Assembly: GCA_963727445.1 (NCBI GenBank) | Contig: CAVSGI010000006.1 | Location: 96,001-160,000 of the forward strand | DNA from: an uncultured delta proteobacterium | GTDB taxonomy: Bacteria; Myxococcota_A; Polyangia; Polyangiales; B10-G4 | Length of the DNA stretch: 64,000 nucleotides | Reading direction: 5' to 3' | Shown: positions 10,005-21,949 of the stretch, piece after piece | Layout of the letters: every line of letters starts with the position of its first letter | Numbering within the stretch: position 1 is the stretch's first letter | Notes under the pieces: model-generated | Seen by the model: the letters and a program-made list of their open reading frames with translations, nothing else | What the model was told of the DNA's origin: nothing | The model's database searches: none | Made by a program: the position numbers and the translations under genes

Positions 10005-11760
10005 GTGCTCACCCTCGCCACCAAGACGGTCACGAACCTCCTCCGGCTCCCATTCCTGCCGCTTTTCTGGCTTTCCCGCCTCTTCGGAAGGCCACGCGGG
10101 GACTGGGTCCATGTCCGGCTTTCCGCCCGATTGGTCGAACACGGCGGGCCCCGGCCATTTTTTCTGCGTTTTCTTCCGGGCGTCCGCCGGGCGCTCCCCA
10201 CCCCACTGTCCGCCCTGCGCCGCCTGGCGGCGAAGGTGAGCGCCGACGATCGTCTCAAGGGGGTGGTTTTCGAGATCCCCCACATGATGACGGGCTGGGC
10301 GGGCGCCCAATCGCTCCGGCGCATCATGGAGCAGATCCGGGCGAGCGGGCTCGAGGTCGTCGCCTATCTGCCGAGCGGCGGCGGGAATCGCGAGATTCTG
10401 GGTGGCGGCCGCCGCCGACCGCATCGTGCTCGGCCCGCAAGCGACCCTCTTCGCCCTCGGCCTCTCCATCGAGTCGCGCTACCTCAAGCCGCTCCTCGAC
10501 AAGGTCGGCGTCGCCGTCTCCACCACGGCCCGCGGCGAGTACAAGACCGCCGCCGAAGCGCTCACCCGCGCGTCCATGAGCGACGCGCAGCGCGAGCAGC
10601 TCGGCGCGCTCCTGGATACACTCGACGCCCAGCTCCGTGAAGCCCTGAGCGCGCGGCCTTCGATCGCGGACGAGGGCCGCGGGCTCTTCGCCCAGGGATT
10701 CCTTCGGGGCGAGGAAGCGGTCCTGGCCGGCATCGCGGATGCGGTCGCGTACGACGACGAGCTTCCCAACGTCCTCGCGCGCCTGGGGAAGGGCGACGAG
10801 GGAAAGCCCGCCAAGCTCGTCCGCGCCGCGCCCTACCTCGCCTTCGCGGAGGCGAGCTTCTTCGCGCGCGTCTTCCCGCGCCCCTACGTCGGCGTGGTCG
10901 AGGTGCATGGTCCCATCGGCGTCAAGCAATCCGGCATGGGGCAGAACCGCGCGGCCGATCCCGAGGTCGTCTGCGCTGCGCTCCGCGCCGCGGGCCGCGA
11001 CCGCTTCTGCGTCGGCGTGGTGCTCCACGTCGACTCACCCGGCGGCTCGGCCCTCGCCTCCGATCAGATCCACCGTGACGTGATCCGCCTCAAGGAGAAG
11101 AAACCCGTCATCGCCGTGATGGGCAACGTGGCGGCGAGCGGGGGCTATTACGTCGCCGCGCCCGCCGACTCGATCTTCGCCGAGAAGGTCACCATCACCG
11201 GCTCCATCGGCGTCGTGACCACGCGCCTCGTGGCCCGCGAGCTCTTCGAGACGATGGGCGTGCACACCGAGACCATCCGCCGGGCGCCCCACGCGGACAT
11301 GTTCTCTCTGTCGCGCGACATGACCGAGGACGAGCAGGCGATCCTCGATCGCGAGACCGAGGGCTTCTATCGCGCCTTCGTCTCCATCGTGGCCGAGGGA
11401 CGGGGCATGCCCTACGAGGAGGCCGAGAAGCTCGCCCGCGGGCGGGTCTGGTCGGGGGCCGATGCCCACGAACGGGGCCTCGTCGACCGCCTGGGCGGCA
11501 TCGAGGACGCCATCGCGGAGGTCAAGGGTCGGGCGAAGATCCCCTCTCTGATGTCCGGCACCATCGAGGCGCGGCCCGTGAGGCCCCGGATCTTCCCGCT
11601 GCCAGCCGCCGAGCCCCCACGCCCCGCAGCCGCTCTGGCCGGGCTGGTCGCGGGATCGGCCGCCGAGGGCGCCATGCGGGAGCTCGGCGAGCTCCTGGCC
11701 CTCCTGGACACCCGGGATTGGGTGCTCTACTGGGCGCCGGGCCTGCCCGAAGTCCAGTGA
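10005..11760 (+). CDS. sppA: Signal peptide peptidase SppA (S49, tandem domain); one frameshift near 10401
   Basis: GEYKTAAE, VDSPGGSALASDQI, AASGGYYVA, TITGSIGV, ARGRVWSG; removing one G in CTGGGTGGCG joins ORFs 10005..10640 and 10402..11760. Confidence 0.85.
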
Positions 11761-11796
11761 TTGATCCCGCGACCTCGGCTCGACTATCGTTCGCCC

Positions 11797-12423
11797 ATGC
11801 GAACGACCTTTCGCGCCATCGTGCTCTTCTCTCTCCTCCCCCTCGCTGCCTGTGGCGGCGGCATGTCCAGTCGGTCCGCCGGCCCCATGCCTCAGGGGGG
11901 CACCTTCACCGGCGTGTGGTTCTCCCCGCAGTACGGGGAGATGAACATGGTCCAGACCGGGAACGCCGTCGTCGGCGAGTACCACAAGGACGAGCGCGCA
12001 GGTCGTATTCAGGGTACGGCCAACGGCAACCTGATGCGCTTCGAGTGGACCGAGGAGCGTGAGCTGGTCGGCGGTCTGCCGCAGACCACGCGCGGCCGCG
12101 GTTACTTCCACTACCTCATCGACGACTCCGGCAAGCACAACCTGCTCGGCGAGTGGGGCATCGACGACAGCGACTCCGGCGGCGGCGACTGGAACGCCTA
12201 CAAGATGATGAACCGCCAACCTCACCTCGCGAACGAGGGACAGGGCGACACGAGCGGCGGCGACAACGACGACTGGAACGACACCGGCGAGAACGAGGGT
12301 GGCGGCAGCTGGGATGACGGCGGCGGCGACTCGGGCGGCGGCGACTCGGGCGGCGGCGGTGACATCGGCGGCGGCGGCGACGACGACGACCCCGGCAACA
12401 GTCTCGACGACCTCGACCTCTGA
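11797..12423 (+). CDS. Lipoprotein with small beta-rich domain and Gly/Asp-rich acidic tail
   Basis: Lipobox LAAC; FTGVWFSPQYG...VVGEY; tail of GGGDS repeats ending LDDLDL. Confidence 0.75.
   Translation: MRTTFRAIVLFSLLPLAACGGGMSSRSAGPMPQGGTFTGVWFSPQYGEMNMVQTGNAVVGEYHKDERAGRIQGTANGNLMRFEWTEERELVGGLPQTTRGRGYFHYLIDDSGKHNLLGEWGIDDSDSGGGDWNAYKMMNRQPHLANEGQGDTSGGDNDDWNDTGENEGGGSWDDGGGDSGGGDSGGGGDIGGGGDDDDPGNSLDDLDL
12319..12358 (+). repeat. 15-bp coding tandem repeat (GGCGGCGGCGACTCG x2 plus partial)
   Basis: Read directly; encodes GGGDS repeats. Confidence 0.8.
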
Positions 12424-12447
12424 AGCCTCGGAAGGGCGGGAACAGCG

Positions 12448-13737
12448 TTGCAGGTCAACCCGCTCACGCGCGAAGTTCTCGTCAAGATCGTCTACTACGG
12501 GCCCGGGCTCGGCGGTAAGACGACCTCGCTGTCGTGCATCCATCAGGCGGCGCCACCCGAAACGCGCGGTCAGATTGTCTCGCTGGCGACGCCCGTCGAT
12601 CGGACCCTCTACTTCGACTTCCTGCCGGTCCGCATGCCGCCCGTCTCGCAGCACCACGTGCGGCTTCAGCTCTTCACGGTGCCCGGGCAGGTCTACTTCA
12701 ACGCCACGCGCAAGCTGGTCCTCACCGGCGCGGACGGAGTGGTCTTCGTCGCCGATTCGCAGCGCGGTCGCCAGGACGCCAACGTCGAGAGCCTCGAGAA
12801 TCTCTCGGCGAACCTGGAGGAGCAGGGTCGGACCCTCGACGACATCCCCTGGGTGCTCCAGCTCAACAAGCGAGACCTCGAGGGCGTGATGTCGATGGAG
12901 GAGCTCTCGGCGGTGCTCAACGTGAGGGGCGTGCCATCCTTTCCCACCTGCGCCACCACCGGTGAAGGCGTGCTCACCGCGCTCGACACCCTGGTCCATC
13001 GCGTCCTCGAGGACCTCGACGAGAGAGGGCAGCTCGGCAAGGGGAAGGAAGCGGCGAACGACCTGGTGCTCGGGCGCGCGGACCAGTCCTTCGAGGAGCG
13101 CGTCGGACGGCTCAGTGAAGCGCGCTTCGCAGCGACCGGATCCGCTCCGGAGACCTCGATGGAACCGGCTGCCGCGGTCCCTGCGCCGCCGAGCGTGCCC
13201 GAGGTCGGCAGCAGCGTCGCCCAGGCCCGAGACGCGCTCCTCGGTCGCGCGGAGGCGGCCGTCGAAGAGGAGCTCGGCCGCGCCAGCGAGGAGCTGTGGA
13301 AGAGCGCCGTCAAGCGCGCACAGGCGGAGACCCGGGGCGCCAGTGTGGTGCCGCGCGCCCGGACCGAGCCGAACGCCGCGGCGGCGCTCGCGCGCGAGCT
13401 CGCCAACCTGAGCTTCGCGAGCCTCTTTCCCCGCCACACGGACGCCGCCCTCAGCCTCGAGGGAGACCTCGCCACCGGCGCGCTGAGGAGCGCGGTCGAA
13501 CGCGCGGACCAGCTCGTCGACGAGCTGATACGGGAGACGGCCCGGCGCGCCGGGCTGCCGACCCACACCGGCCCGGTCTCGGTGGTGCTGCTCCTGGGCA
13601 TCGACGGAGCGACCTGGCTGTCCTTTCGCCGCCTCGTCGACCGTGTGCGCGAGGGGGGGCCGGTGGCCGATCGTGACGCGCTCGCGGCGTACGCGCTGGT
13701 GATCGATCTGCGCCTCAGGGCAGACCGCATCCTCTGA
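12448..13737 (+). CDS. MglA-family small GTPase paralog with ~240-aa C-terminal extension
   Basis: [50 protein letters not shown] start. Confidence 0.85.
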   Translation: MQVNPLTREVLVKIVYYGPGLGGKTTSLSCIHQAAPPETRGQIVSLATPVDRTLYFDFLPVRMPPVSQHHVRLQLFTVPGQVYFNATRKLVLTGADGVVFVADSQRGRQDANVESLENLSANLEEQGRTLDDIPWVLQLNKRDLEGVMSMEELSAVLNVRGVPSFPTCATTGEGVLTALDTLVHRVLEDLDERGQLGKGKEAANDLVLGRADQSFEERVGRLSEARFAATGSAPETSMEPAAAVPAPPSVPEVGSSVAQARDALLGRAEAAVEEELGRASEELWKSAVKRAQAETRGASVVPRARTEPNAAAALARELANLSFASLFPRHTDAALSLEGDLATGALRSAVERADQLVDELIRETARRAGLPTHTGPVSVVLLLGIDGATWLSFRRLVDRVREGGPVADRDALAAYALVIDLRLRADRIL

Positions 13738-13743
13738 TCGCGC

Positions 13744-14622
13744 TCAGGCGGCGCGCCGGCGGTGCTCCACGGACCGCCGGATGTGCGCGACGATCCGCGC
13801 GGCGAGGCCCTTCGGGTCGTCCATGTGCGGCACGTGCCCGTAGGTCGCGAGCCTCTCCACCACCGCGCCTTCGGGCAAGTGCATCTCGAAGAACTCGCGA
13901 TGGGCGGGGCGCAGCACGCGGTCGCGCTCTCCCCAGAGCACCAGCGTGGGCATGGTGAGGCGCTCGAGCTCCTCGGGCTTCAGAAGGTCCGTCGACGACA
14001 GACCACAGAGGAGCTGCGCGACGCCCGGGCGGCGAAACTGATGACGGACACCCCAGGCGAGGAGGTGGCGAAAGCGGTGGGGCCGGTGGAAGAGCTTGTC
14101 GACGAAGTCGAGCGCCTTGGCGTGATTGTCGAGGATGAAGTGACCGACGAACTCTTCGAGCTCCTCGCTCTCCATGGGCGCGCCGCCGGGGGCGGCCAGC
14201 ACCAGGCCGAGGACCTTGTCCGGATGGCTGGCTGCATAGCGCACGGCGGCCGCCCCGCCGAGGGAGTTGCCGAAGATCACGGCGGGCTCGTCGAGGACCC
14301 GGTCGAGCCCCTCCTCGAGACCGCGGGCCACGGTGGCCTGGCTCATCCCCTCCATAGGGAGCTCGCTCTTCCCGTGGCCAGGCATGTCCACCGCGATCAC
14401 GCGGCAGACGTGTGGTCGCAGCAGGCTCAGGAGGTTTTCGTAGTGTTGGCCGGCGGCGGAGAGGCCGTGGAGAACCAGGACCGGCGGAAGCGATCCCTCG
14501 CCTCGCGCGTCCAGGACGTGGATGCGACCCACCGAGGTCCGGATGAAGGTGCTGCGGTACCCCTTGAGGTGCAGCATGCGGAGCATGAGGCGCTCGGCGA
14601 TCGGGGGCAGATGGTGCAGCAT
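13744..14622 (-). CDS. Alpha/beta fold hydrolase
   Basis: LHGLSA, DMPGHG, GNSLGG nucleophile elbow, WGERD, YGHVPH; start uncertain. Confidence 0.85.
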   Translation of the reverse strand: MLHHLPPIAERLMLRMLHLKGYRSTFIRTSVGRIHVLDARGEGSLPPVLVLHGLSAAGQHYENLLSLLRPHVCRVIAVDMPGHGKSELPMEGMSQATVARGLEEGLDRVLDEPAVIFGNSLGGAAAVRYAASHPDKVLGLVLAAPGGAPMESEELEEFVGHFILDNHAKALDFVDKLFHRPHRFRHLLAWGVRHQFRRPGVAQLLCGLSSTDLLKPEELERLTMPTLVLWGERDRVLRPAHREFFEMHLPEGAVVERLATYGHVPHMDDPKGLAARIVAHIRRSVEHRRRAA

Positions 14623-14662
14623 GAAGGGGCAGGCGCGCGGCCTTCCGACAATTCTAAGTGCG

Positions 14663-15616
14663 ATGACCGCAAAAACCTCGAAAACGGGTGAGGATGCGCG
14701 GGGGCCCAAAGCCCCGGAACGGCCGAAGTACGCGACAAAGCGCGACAAAGCCGCGCTCCTCCGCCTCCTTCATCCGAACGGCTCGCCTTGGGGGGGCGAC
14801 CCGGAGGACTACGACCCGGCGGTCGTCGAGCGCGCCCTCGGCGTGCTCGGCCGCGCGTTCGGCGACCATCGCTACTTCCCCCTGCAGGTCGATGGGCTCG
14901 ACGCGATCCCCGATCCCCCGGTGATGTTCGTCGGCAATCACTCGGGCGGCACCACGGTGATCGACGTCATCGGTTTCGGCGTCGCGTGGTATCGCCACTT
15001 CGGCACGACGCGCCCCATCCATCCGGCGGCGCACGAGCTCCTCGTCGGCAACCCCTACACCGGCCGAGTGCTCTCGCAACTCGGCGTGGTGCGCGCCGAC
15101 CGCGAGGTCGCGCGCACGATCCTCACCGAACGCCACGAGGATCTCTTCGTGCTGCCGGGGGGCGACGTGGACGTGTGGCGTCCCTACCGGGCGCGCTACG
15201 AGGTGCGCTTCGCGGGCCGGAGAGGTTACGCGCGCATCGCGCTCCTCACCGGTGCGCCCATCGTCCCCGTGGCCCATGCCGGCGCTCACGAGACCCTGGT
15301 GGTGCTGAGCGACGGTCGCCGCTTCGCCGAGGCGGTGGGCTTGCCGCGCATCGCCCGCGCGCGCGTGTGGCCCGTACACCTCTCGCTACCGTGGGGGCTC
15401 GCGGTCGGGCCGCTGCCGCACCTTCCAGTGCCGGCCCGCTTTCGCTATCGCCTGGGCCCTTCCATCGATCCGCGCGTCATCGCGCTACCCGGCGCCGAGC
15501 CGACCGAGCTGCAGATCGAGACCCTCGATTCGCTCGTCCGCGAGGCGCTCCAGCGGGAGCTGAACGTGCTGCGCGATCAATCGCGCTTGCGACCGGCGAG
15601 GAGGAGATACGCGTAG
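14663..15616 (+). CDS. Lysophospholipid acyltransferase family protein
   Basis: MFVGNHSGG...D, LPGGD, FAGRRGYARIAL, GAPIVPVAHAGAHE; start uncertain. Confidence 0.8.
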   Translation: MTAKTSKTGEDARGPKAPERPKYATKRDKAALLRLLHPNGSPWGGDPEDYDPAVVERALGVLGRAFGDHRYFPLQVDGLDAIPDPPVMFVGNHSGGTTVIDVIGFGVAWYRHFGTTRPIHPAAHELLVGNPYTGRVLSQLGVVRADREVARTILTERHEDLFVLPGGDVDVWRPYRARYEVRFAGRRGYARIALLTGAPIVPVAHAGAHETLVVLSDGRRFAEAVGLPRIARARVWPVHLSLPWGLAVGPLPHLPVPARFRYRLGPSIDPRVIALPGAEPTELQIETLDSLVREALQRELNVLRDQSRLRPARRRYA

Positions 15617-16569
15617 AGGCCGGCGCCGATGATGGCGGCGAAGACGAGCTTCAGGGCGTAGGGCACGACCGGCGCATGCATCTGACTGATGGTCCCCTCG
15701 ATGAGACCGGCGAGGACCAGGATGGGCATCCCGCCCACCACCAGGAGCGCCGCGCGCTTCGCCTCGGCGATGATCGCGACCCGACGCCGACGCCTGCCCG
15801 GTAAGAGGATCCCACGCGCGATGATCAGCCCGGCGCCGCCCGCGATGCACACCTCGGTCAGCTCGGGGATGCCGTGGGGCAGGATCCACGCCCAGAAGAA
15901 GAGCCCGTGGCCGGCGAGGTGGTACTGCATGGCGAGGGCGCCGAGGGGCACGCCGTTCACGATCATCAAGAGCACCGTGCCGACGCCTGCGGTGATCCCT
16001 GCAGCGAAGACCAGGAAGCTGACCTTGATGTTGTGCGTGAAGAGCATGCTGGCGAAGGCCACGCTCCTCTGCCCGTCGTCGAGCCCGCCGGAGGTCTCCT
16101 CTTCGGTGATGCGCTCGCCAGGCGTCTGCGCCTGGTGCTGGTCCGGGATGAGCACCCCACGCGAGCCGGGGTCGAGGAACGTGAAGGTCGCGCCGAAGGC
16201 GGCGCCGCCGAGGAGCAGGCACGCCGAGAGCACGATGGCGCGCCACTCCTCGCGGAAGAGGCGGGGGAAGCCGCGGGCGTAGAAGCGCCGGATCCGTCCC
16301 GCGGCGCCGATCCCCCGGCCGCCGTGCACCTGCGCGTAGCCGCGCGCCACGAGGTCGTTCAAGTAGTCGACGATGTTCGCGTCGACCATCTCCGAGCGCG
16401 CGCGCACCAGGTCGCTCGAGGTGGCGCGGTAGAGCTTGCCGAAACGCCGGGCGGTCTCTAGGTCCATCGCCGACAGGCCGCGCTCCTCGACCTCGGCGAG
16501 CAGCGCGCGCAGGCCCTCCCAGACCGGTCCGCGCTCGTGAACGAATCGTCCGACGTCGAAACCCTGCAC
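15577..16569 (-). CDS. SpoIIM-like (DUF95) membrane protein
   Basis: LYRATSSDL...YLNDLVAR, LFTHNIKV, ILPHGIPELT, AGLIEGTIS; probable start GTG 16569. Confidence 0.85.
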   Translation of the reverse strand: MQGFDVGRFVHERGPVWEGLRALLAEVEERGLSAMDLETARRFGKLYRATSSDLVRARSEMVDANIVDYLNDLVARGYAQVHGGRGIGAAGRIRRFYARGFPRLFREEWRAIVLSACLLLGGAAFGATFTFLDPGSRGVLIPDQHQAQTPGERITEEETSGGLDDGQRSVAFASMLFTHNIKVSFLVFAAGITAGVGTVLLMIVNGVPLGALAMQYHLAGHGLFFWAWILPHGIPELTEVCIAGGAGLIIARGILLPGRRRRRVAIIAEAKRAALLVVGGMPILVLAGLIEGTISQMHAPVVPYALKLVFAAIIGAGLYAYLLLAGRKRD

Positions 16570-16591
16570 TCCCCGAGTGTATGCTCTCTCC

Positions 16592-17335
16592 ATGCGGAGC
16601 GTGCACGTCATCACCACGCCCGAGAACGTGGAGTTCGAATTCGAGCTCGCCGGCGTCTCGATCCGGGCGGTGGCATGGGCCATCGACGCGCTGGTGTTGG
16701 GGGTGACGCTGCTGATCGTCAGCTGCGGCGTGTCGCTTCTGGTTCCGGTCCTGGGCGGCTTCGCCGAGGCGTTGGCCTACATCTCGTTCTTCGTCGTGCA
16801 GTTCGGCTACGCGACGCTCTTCGAATGGCGCTTTCGCGGGCAGACGATCGGCAAGCGCGTGATGGGCCTGCGCGTGCTCACCGACAAGGGCATCCCCATC
16901 GACTTCATGACGTCGGTGATCCGCAACCTGGTGCGCATCGTCGACTCGCTCCCGCTCTTCTACCTGGTGGGAGGGAGCGCCGCGCTGGCCAGCGGCCGGC
17001 GGCTGGGGGACGTGGCGGCCGGGACCATCGTGGTGCGCGAGAGCCGCGCACCCAAGCCGGCTTCGGTGGTGCCGCCCTCCGAGCGGCACAACACCTTCAT
17101 CGAGGATCCGTCGGTCGTCCACGCAGTGCGCCGCATCACCCCACCCGAGCGCGACGCCATGATCGCCCTCGGCCTGCGCCGCGAGTCCCTGCCTCTCGCC
17201 GTGCGCCAGGAGCTCTTCGGCCGGCTCAGCCGCCACCTGGAGGCGCGCCTCGGCCTGAGCCGGCCCTCCTTCTTCACCGAGGAGAAGTTCGTGTTGAACC
17301 TGACCGCGGTCGTTCTGGCGCAGGGCGCTTCGTAG
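16592..17335 (+). CDS. RDD family membrane protein
   Basis: TPENVEFEFELAGVSIRAVAWAID, GQTIGKRVMGLRV, RNLVRIVD, RRLGDVAAGTIVV. Confidence 0.88.
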   Translation: MRSVHVITTPENVEFEFELAGVSIRAVAWAIDALVLGVTLLIVSCGVSLLVPVLGGFAEALAYISFFVVQFGYATLFEWRFRGQTIGKRVMGLRVLTDKGIPIDFMTSVIRNLVRIVDSLPLFYLVGGSAALASGRRLGDVAAGTIVVRESRAPKPASVVPPSERHNTFIEDPSVVHAVRRITPPERDAMIALGLRRESLPLAVRQELFGRLSRHLEARLGLSRPSFFTEEKFVLNLTAVVLAQGAS

Positions 17336-17338
17336 CGC

Positions 17339-17565
17339 TCAGCTGGGCTTCACGTCGCAGAAGAGGATCGCGCAGTTCTCGTGCTCGGACTCTTTGAGTC
17401 GTTCGCAGAGATCGACCAGATCGTCATCGACGTCGACCACCATGCCGCTGGTGGCCTTGCCGGTCTCTTCGTCGTAGGCGGCCTCGTCGAGGGCGACCCA
17501 GCGGCCACGGTACTCGTCGTGGCCACAGATCTCGTCCCAGGTCAGCCGTTCTGGACCGGCGTCGC

Positions 17566-17569
<4 letters not shown>
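17339..17569 (-). CDS. Small acidic hypothetical protein (DUF5678-like)
   Basis: YRGRWVAL...VVDVDDDLVDLCERL; GTGA overlap with the upstream kinase stop. Confidence 0.6.
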
Positions 17570-19440
<1,871 letters not shown>

Positions 19441-19645
19441 GGGCGGGCCAGCGGGCGTGGGCGAAGTCTAGCGACGAGAAGAGACTCTGGGTAGCTCCTG
19501 GGTATTTCAATCCCACCAAAACGCCCGAGATCCGGACCCGAAAACCGGGGGGTTCCTTGGGCATCCCTCCGTTGCTGCCCCTTCGGTTCTGTGAAAACCT
19601 CCTTTCGTAGCAGTCCTTCTCCTTCTCTTGCTTTGGTCGTGGCAG

Positions 19646-21805
19646 ATGTCGATTCTCCGAATCCTCCCCATTCTCTGGCTCCTGCCCGCCCTCGCCGCCG
19701 CGTGCGGTGACGACGGGACCACGCCGGTCCCGGACGGAGGACTCACCGGGGTCCACGCGCGCTTCGATCTCGCCGCCGATCCCATGCCCTATGGGGCGAT
19801 CCCCTATCCAGACGATCTCTATCTGGACGAGTCGGGCCACGTGGCGATCGGGGAATTGCCGGGGGAGAGTCGGTCCCCCGACACCACGTACCATGACTCG
19901 CTGCGCGTCGGCCTCGCCGACCTCGACGGTTTCGGGGCGGTGACGCCGGCCTTCTTCCTCTTCGACGGGGCGCTCGACCCGGCGAGCCTGCCGGCCACGC
20001 CCGAGATGTCGCTCCTCGAAGACGCGTCGGTGTTCATGTTGAACGTCGACCCCGAGTCATCGGCGGCTTTCGATCGGGTCCCGGTCGAGGTCAGCTTCTA
20101 CCCGGCGACCCAGCAGCTCGCGGTGCGTCCGGCCAATGGGCACCCCCTGCGCGCTGGGAGGCGCTACGTCGTCGTGGTGACCACCGACGTCATGGACGTC
20201 GACGGCGCCCCCATCACCCCGGCGCCGGCCTTCGCCGAGGTCCGCGACGCGCTCACGCGCCCGGACAATCCGCTTCTGGGCGAGGCGTGGGACCACTACA
20301 ACGAGGTCCTGATGACCCTCGGGACGAACGGTGTGACCCGCGATCGGGTGGCGGCGCTCGCGCACTTCCACGTCCAGACCATCACCGAGGGGCTCGCCGA
20401 CGCGCGCACCATCATCTGGGCGGACGACGCCCCGACCCCGACCGTCACCGCGACCTATCCCGAAGGCGCGGCCCTCGACGGCATCCTCGGTACGCCGGCG
20501 ATGGATGTCATCGGCCTCGAGGTTGAGGGAGGCGTGAAGCACGACGCGCTCAGCTTCATGATCCACGGCACCTTCGAATCTCCATGGTTCCTCTCGGACG
20601 ACCCGGCCGTCCACGGGCGCTTCTCTCGCGACGGCAGCGGTGATCTGATCGTCCACCGCACGAGCGAGGTCCCGTTCACTCTGTTTCTGCCGCGTACGGC
20701 GGACTTCTCCGACCTCCCCGTGGTCATCGCCCAGCATGGCCTCGGCGCCGAGCGCAGCAACGAGCTGGCCTTTGCCGATTCGCTCTGCCGCGAGGGATAC
20801 GCGGTGCTGGCGATGGACCTCCCGTGGCACGGCATGCGCAACCCGGCGACGGAGGACCTCATGAACCGCTTCACCGGCGAGATGACGCCCGACGGGTTCG
20901 GGGACAAGCGTGGGCTCGACGTCGTCATCGAGTTTGCCGGCATCTTCGAGCGCGACGGAGAGCTCGCGGCGTTCCATCCGAACTACCTCCGCGACGCGCT
21001 CCGACAGGGAGCGGCGGACCTGATGACCTTCGTCCGCATGATCCGTGCGGGCGACTGGAGCGAAGTCCGCGCGGCCGACGCGTCCCTCGACACGCTGTCC
21101 TTCAGCGCCGAGCCCATCTCGCTGATCGGCTACTCCCTCGGCGGCATCGTCGCGACCCAGTTCGCGACCATGGAGCCCGAGATCGGCGTCGCGGTTCTCG
21201 CCGTCACCGGGGGCAACCTCATGGAGCTCGTCGCCAACGGCCCCATCTACAACCGCGGCTACTTCCCGCTACTCCTGCCCAAGCTGGGTCTCGATCCACG
21301 CTCCATCGACTACGAGGCGCTGCCGCCGCGTTTCATGCCGGAGTTGGCCATCTGGCAGACGCTCCTCGATCGGGGCGATTCCATCGCCTACGGCAACACG
21401 CTCTACATGCGGCCGATGAGCATCTTGATGCCGATGGCCCGCAACGACGAGAACCTGCACAACATCGGCACCGAGTCGCTGGCGCGCGCGATCGGGGCCG
21501 AGATGGTGGCCGACGAGCCGCTCTACGCGGACCTCTCCACCACCACCGCTCCCGTGCGCGACAACGTCACGATCGAAGGGGAGACGGTCACCCGCGCGGT
21601 CTACGCCTGGCAGCCGGCGACTCATCTGCTGATGCTGCAGAGGCAGGACGAGGACATCCAGGCGCATCCGGTCGCGCCTCCGTTCCCGGCGGGGGATCAC
21701 GTCACGGTCGACAACCCCATCGACGACGCGATGAACCAGACGGTGCATTTTCTCCAGTCCTTCCGGACCGGCACCGCCGAAGTCGTCGGCCCACGCACCC
21801 CCTGA
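19646..21805 (+). CDS. Lipoprotein lipase/esterase-like (N-terminal Ig-like region, alpha/beta hydrolase)
   Basis: Lipobox AAAC; PYPDDLY, DGFG, PLRAGRRY, QHGLG, MDLPWHG, GYSLGG. Confidence 0.75.
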   Translation: MSILRILPILWLLPALAAACGDDGTTPVPDGGLTGVHARFDLAADPMPYGAIPYPDDLYLDESGHVAIGELPGESRSPDTTYHDSLRVGLADLDGFGAVTPAFFLFDGALDPASLPATPEMSLLEDASVFMLNVDPESSAAFDRVPVEVSFYPATQQLAVRPANGHPLRAGRRYVVVVTTDVMDVDGAPITPAPAFAEVRDALTRPDNPLLGEAWDHYNEVLMTLGTNGVTRDRVAALAHFHVQTITEGLADARTIIWADDAPTPTVTATYPEGAALDGILGTPAMDVIGLEVEGGVKHDALSFMIHGTFESPWFLSDDPAVHGRFSRDGSGDLIVHRTSEVPFTLFLPRTADFSDLPVVIAQHGLGAERSNELAFADSLCREGYAVLAMDLPWHGMRNPATEDLMNRFTGEMTPDGFGDKRGLDVVIEFAGIFERDGELAAFHPNYLRDALRQGAADLMTFVRMIRAGDWSEVRAADASLDTLSFSAEPISLIGYSLGGIVATQFATMEPEIGVAVLAVTGGNLMELVANGPIYNRGYFPLLLPKLGLDPRSIDYEALPPRFMPELAIWQTLLDRGDSIAYGNTLYMRPMSILMPMARNDENLHNIGTESLARAIGAEMVADEPLYADLSTTTAPVRDNVTIEGETVTRAVYAWQPATHLLMLQRQDEDIQAHPVAPPFPAGDHVTVDNPIDDAMNQTVHFLQSFRTGTAEVVGPRTP

Positions 21806-21814
21806 AAAGGTCGA

Positions 21815-21844
21815 TTGACCCCCCGCGCGCGCCTTCGTTATCCT
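21815..21844 (+). promoter_or_regulatory. Putative sigma70 promoter of the DUF4234-DUF2752 unit
   Basis: TTGACC-18 bp-TATCCT; GGAG SD before ATG 21950. Confidence 0.5.
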
Positions 21845-21949
21845 CCGCCCACCTCTGAGGGGAGGGTGACGCGGCCGCGGCCGTAGAACCCCACGAGCTT
21901 TGGAGATTCTCAAGCGCTCCCAGGCGGGCGACACAGACGGAGGAGACCC

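Noticed and set aside
11035..13566. Long antisense ORFs (also 53286..55592, 46943..49249, 59396..61867 and others)
   Set aside because: Stop-poor shadow frames expected in high-GC DNA, opposite genes with clear motifs
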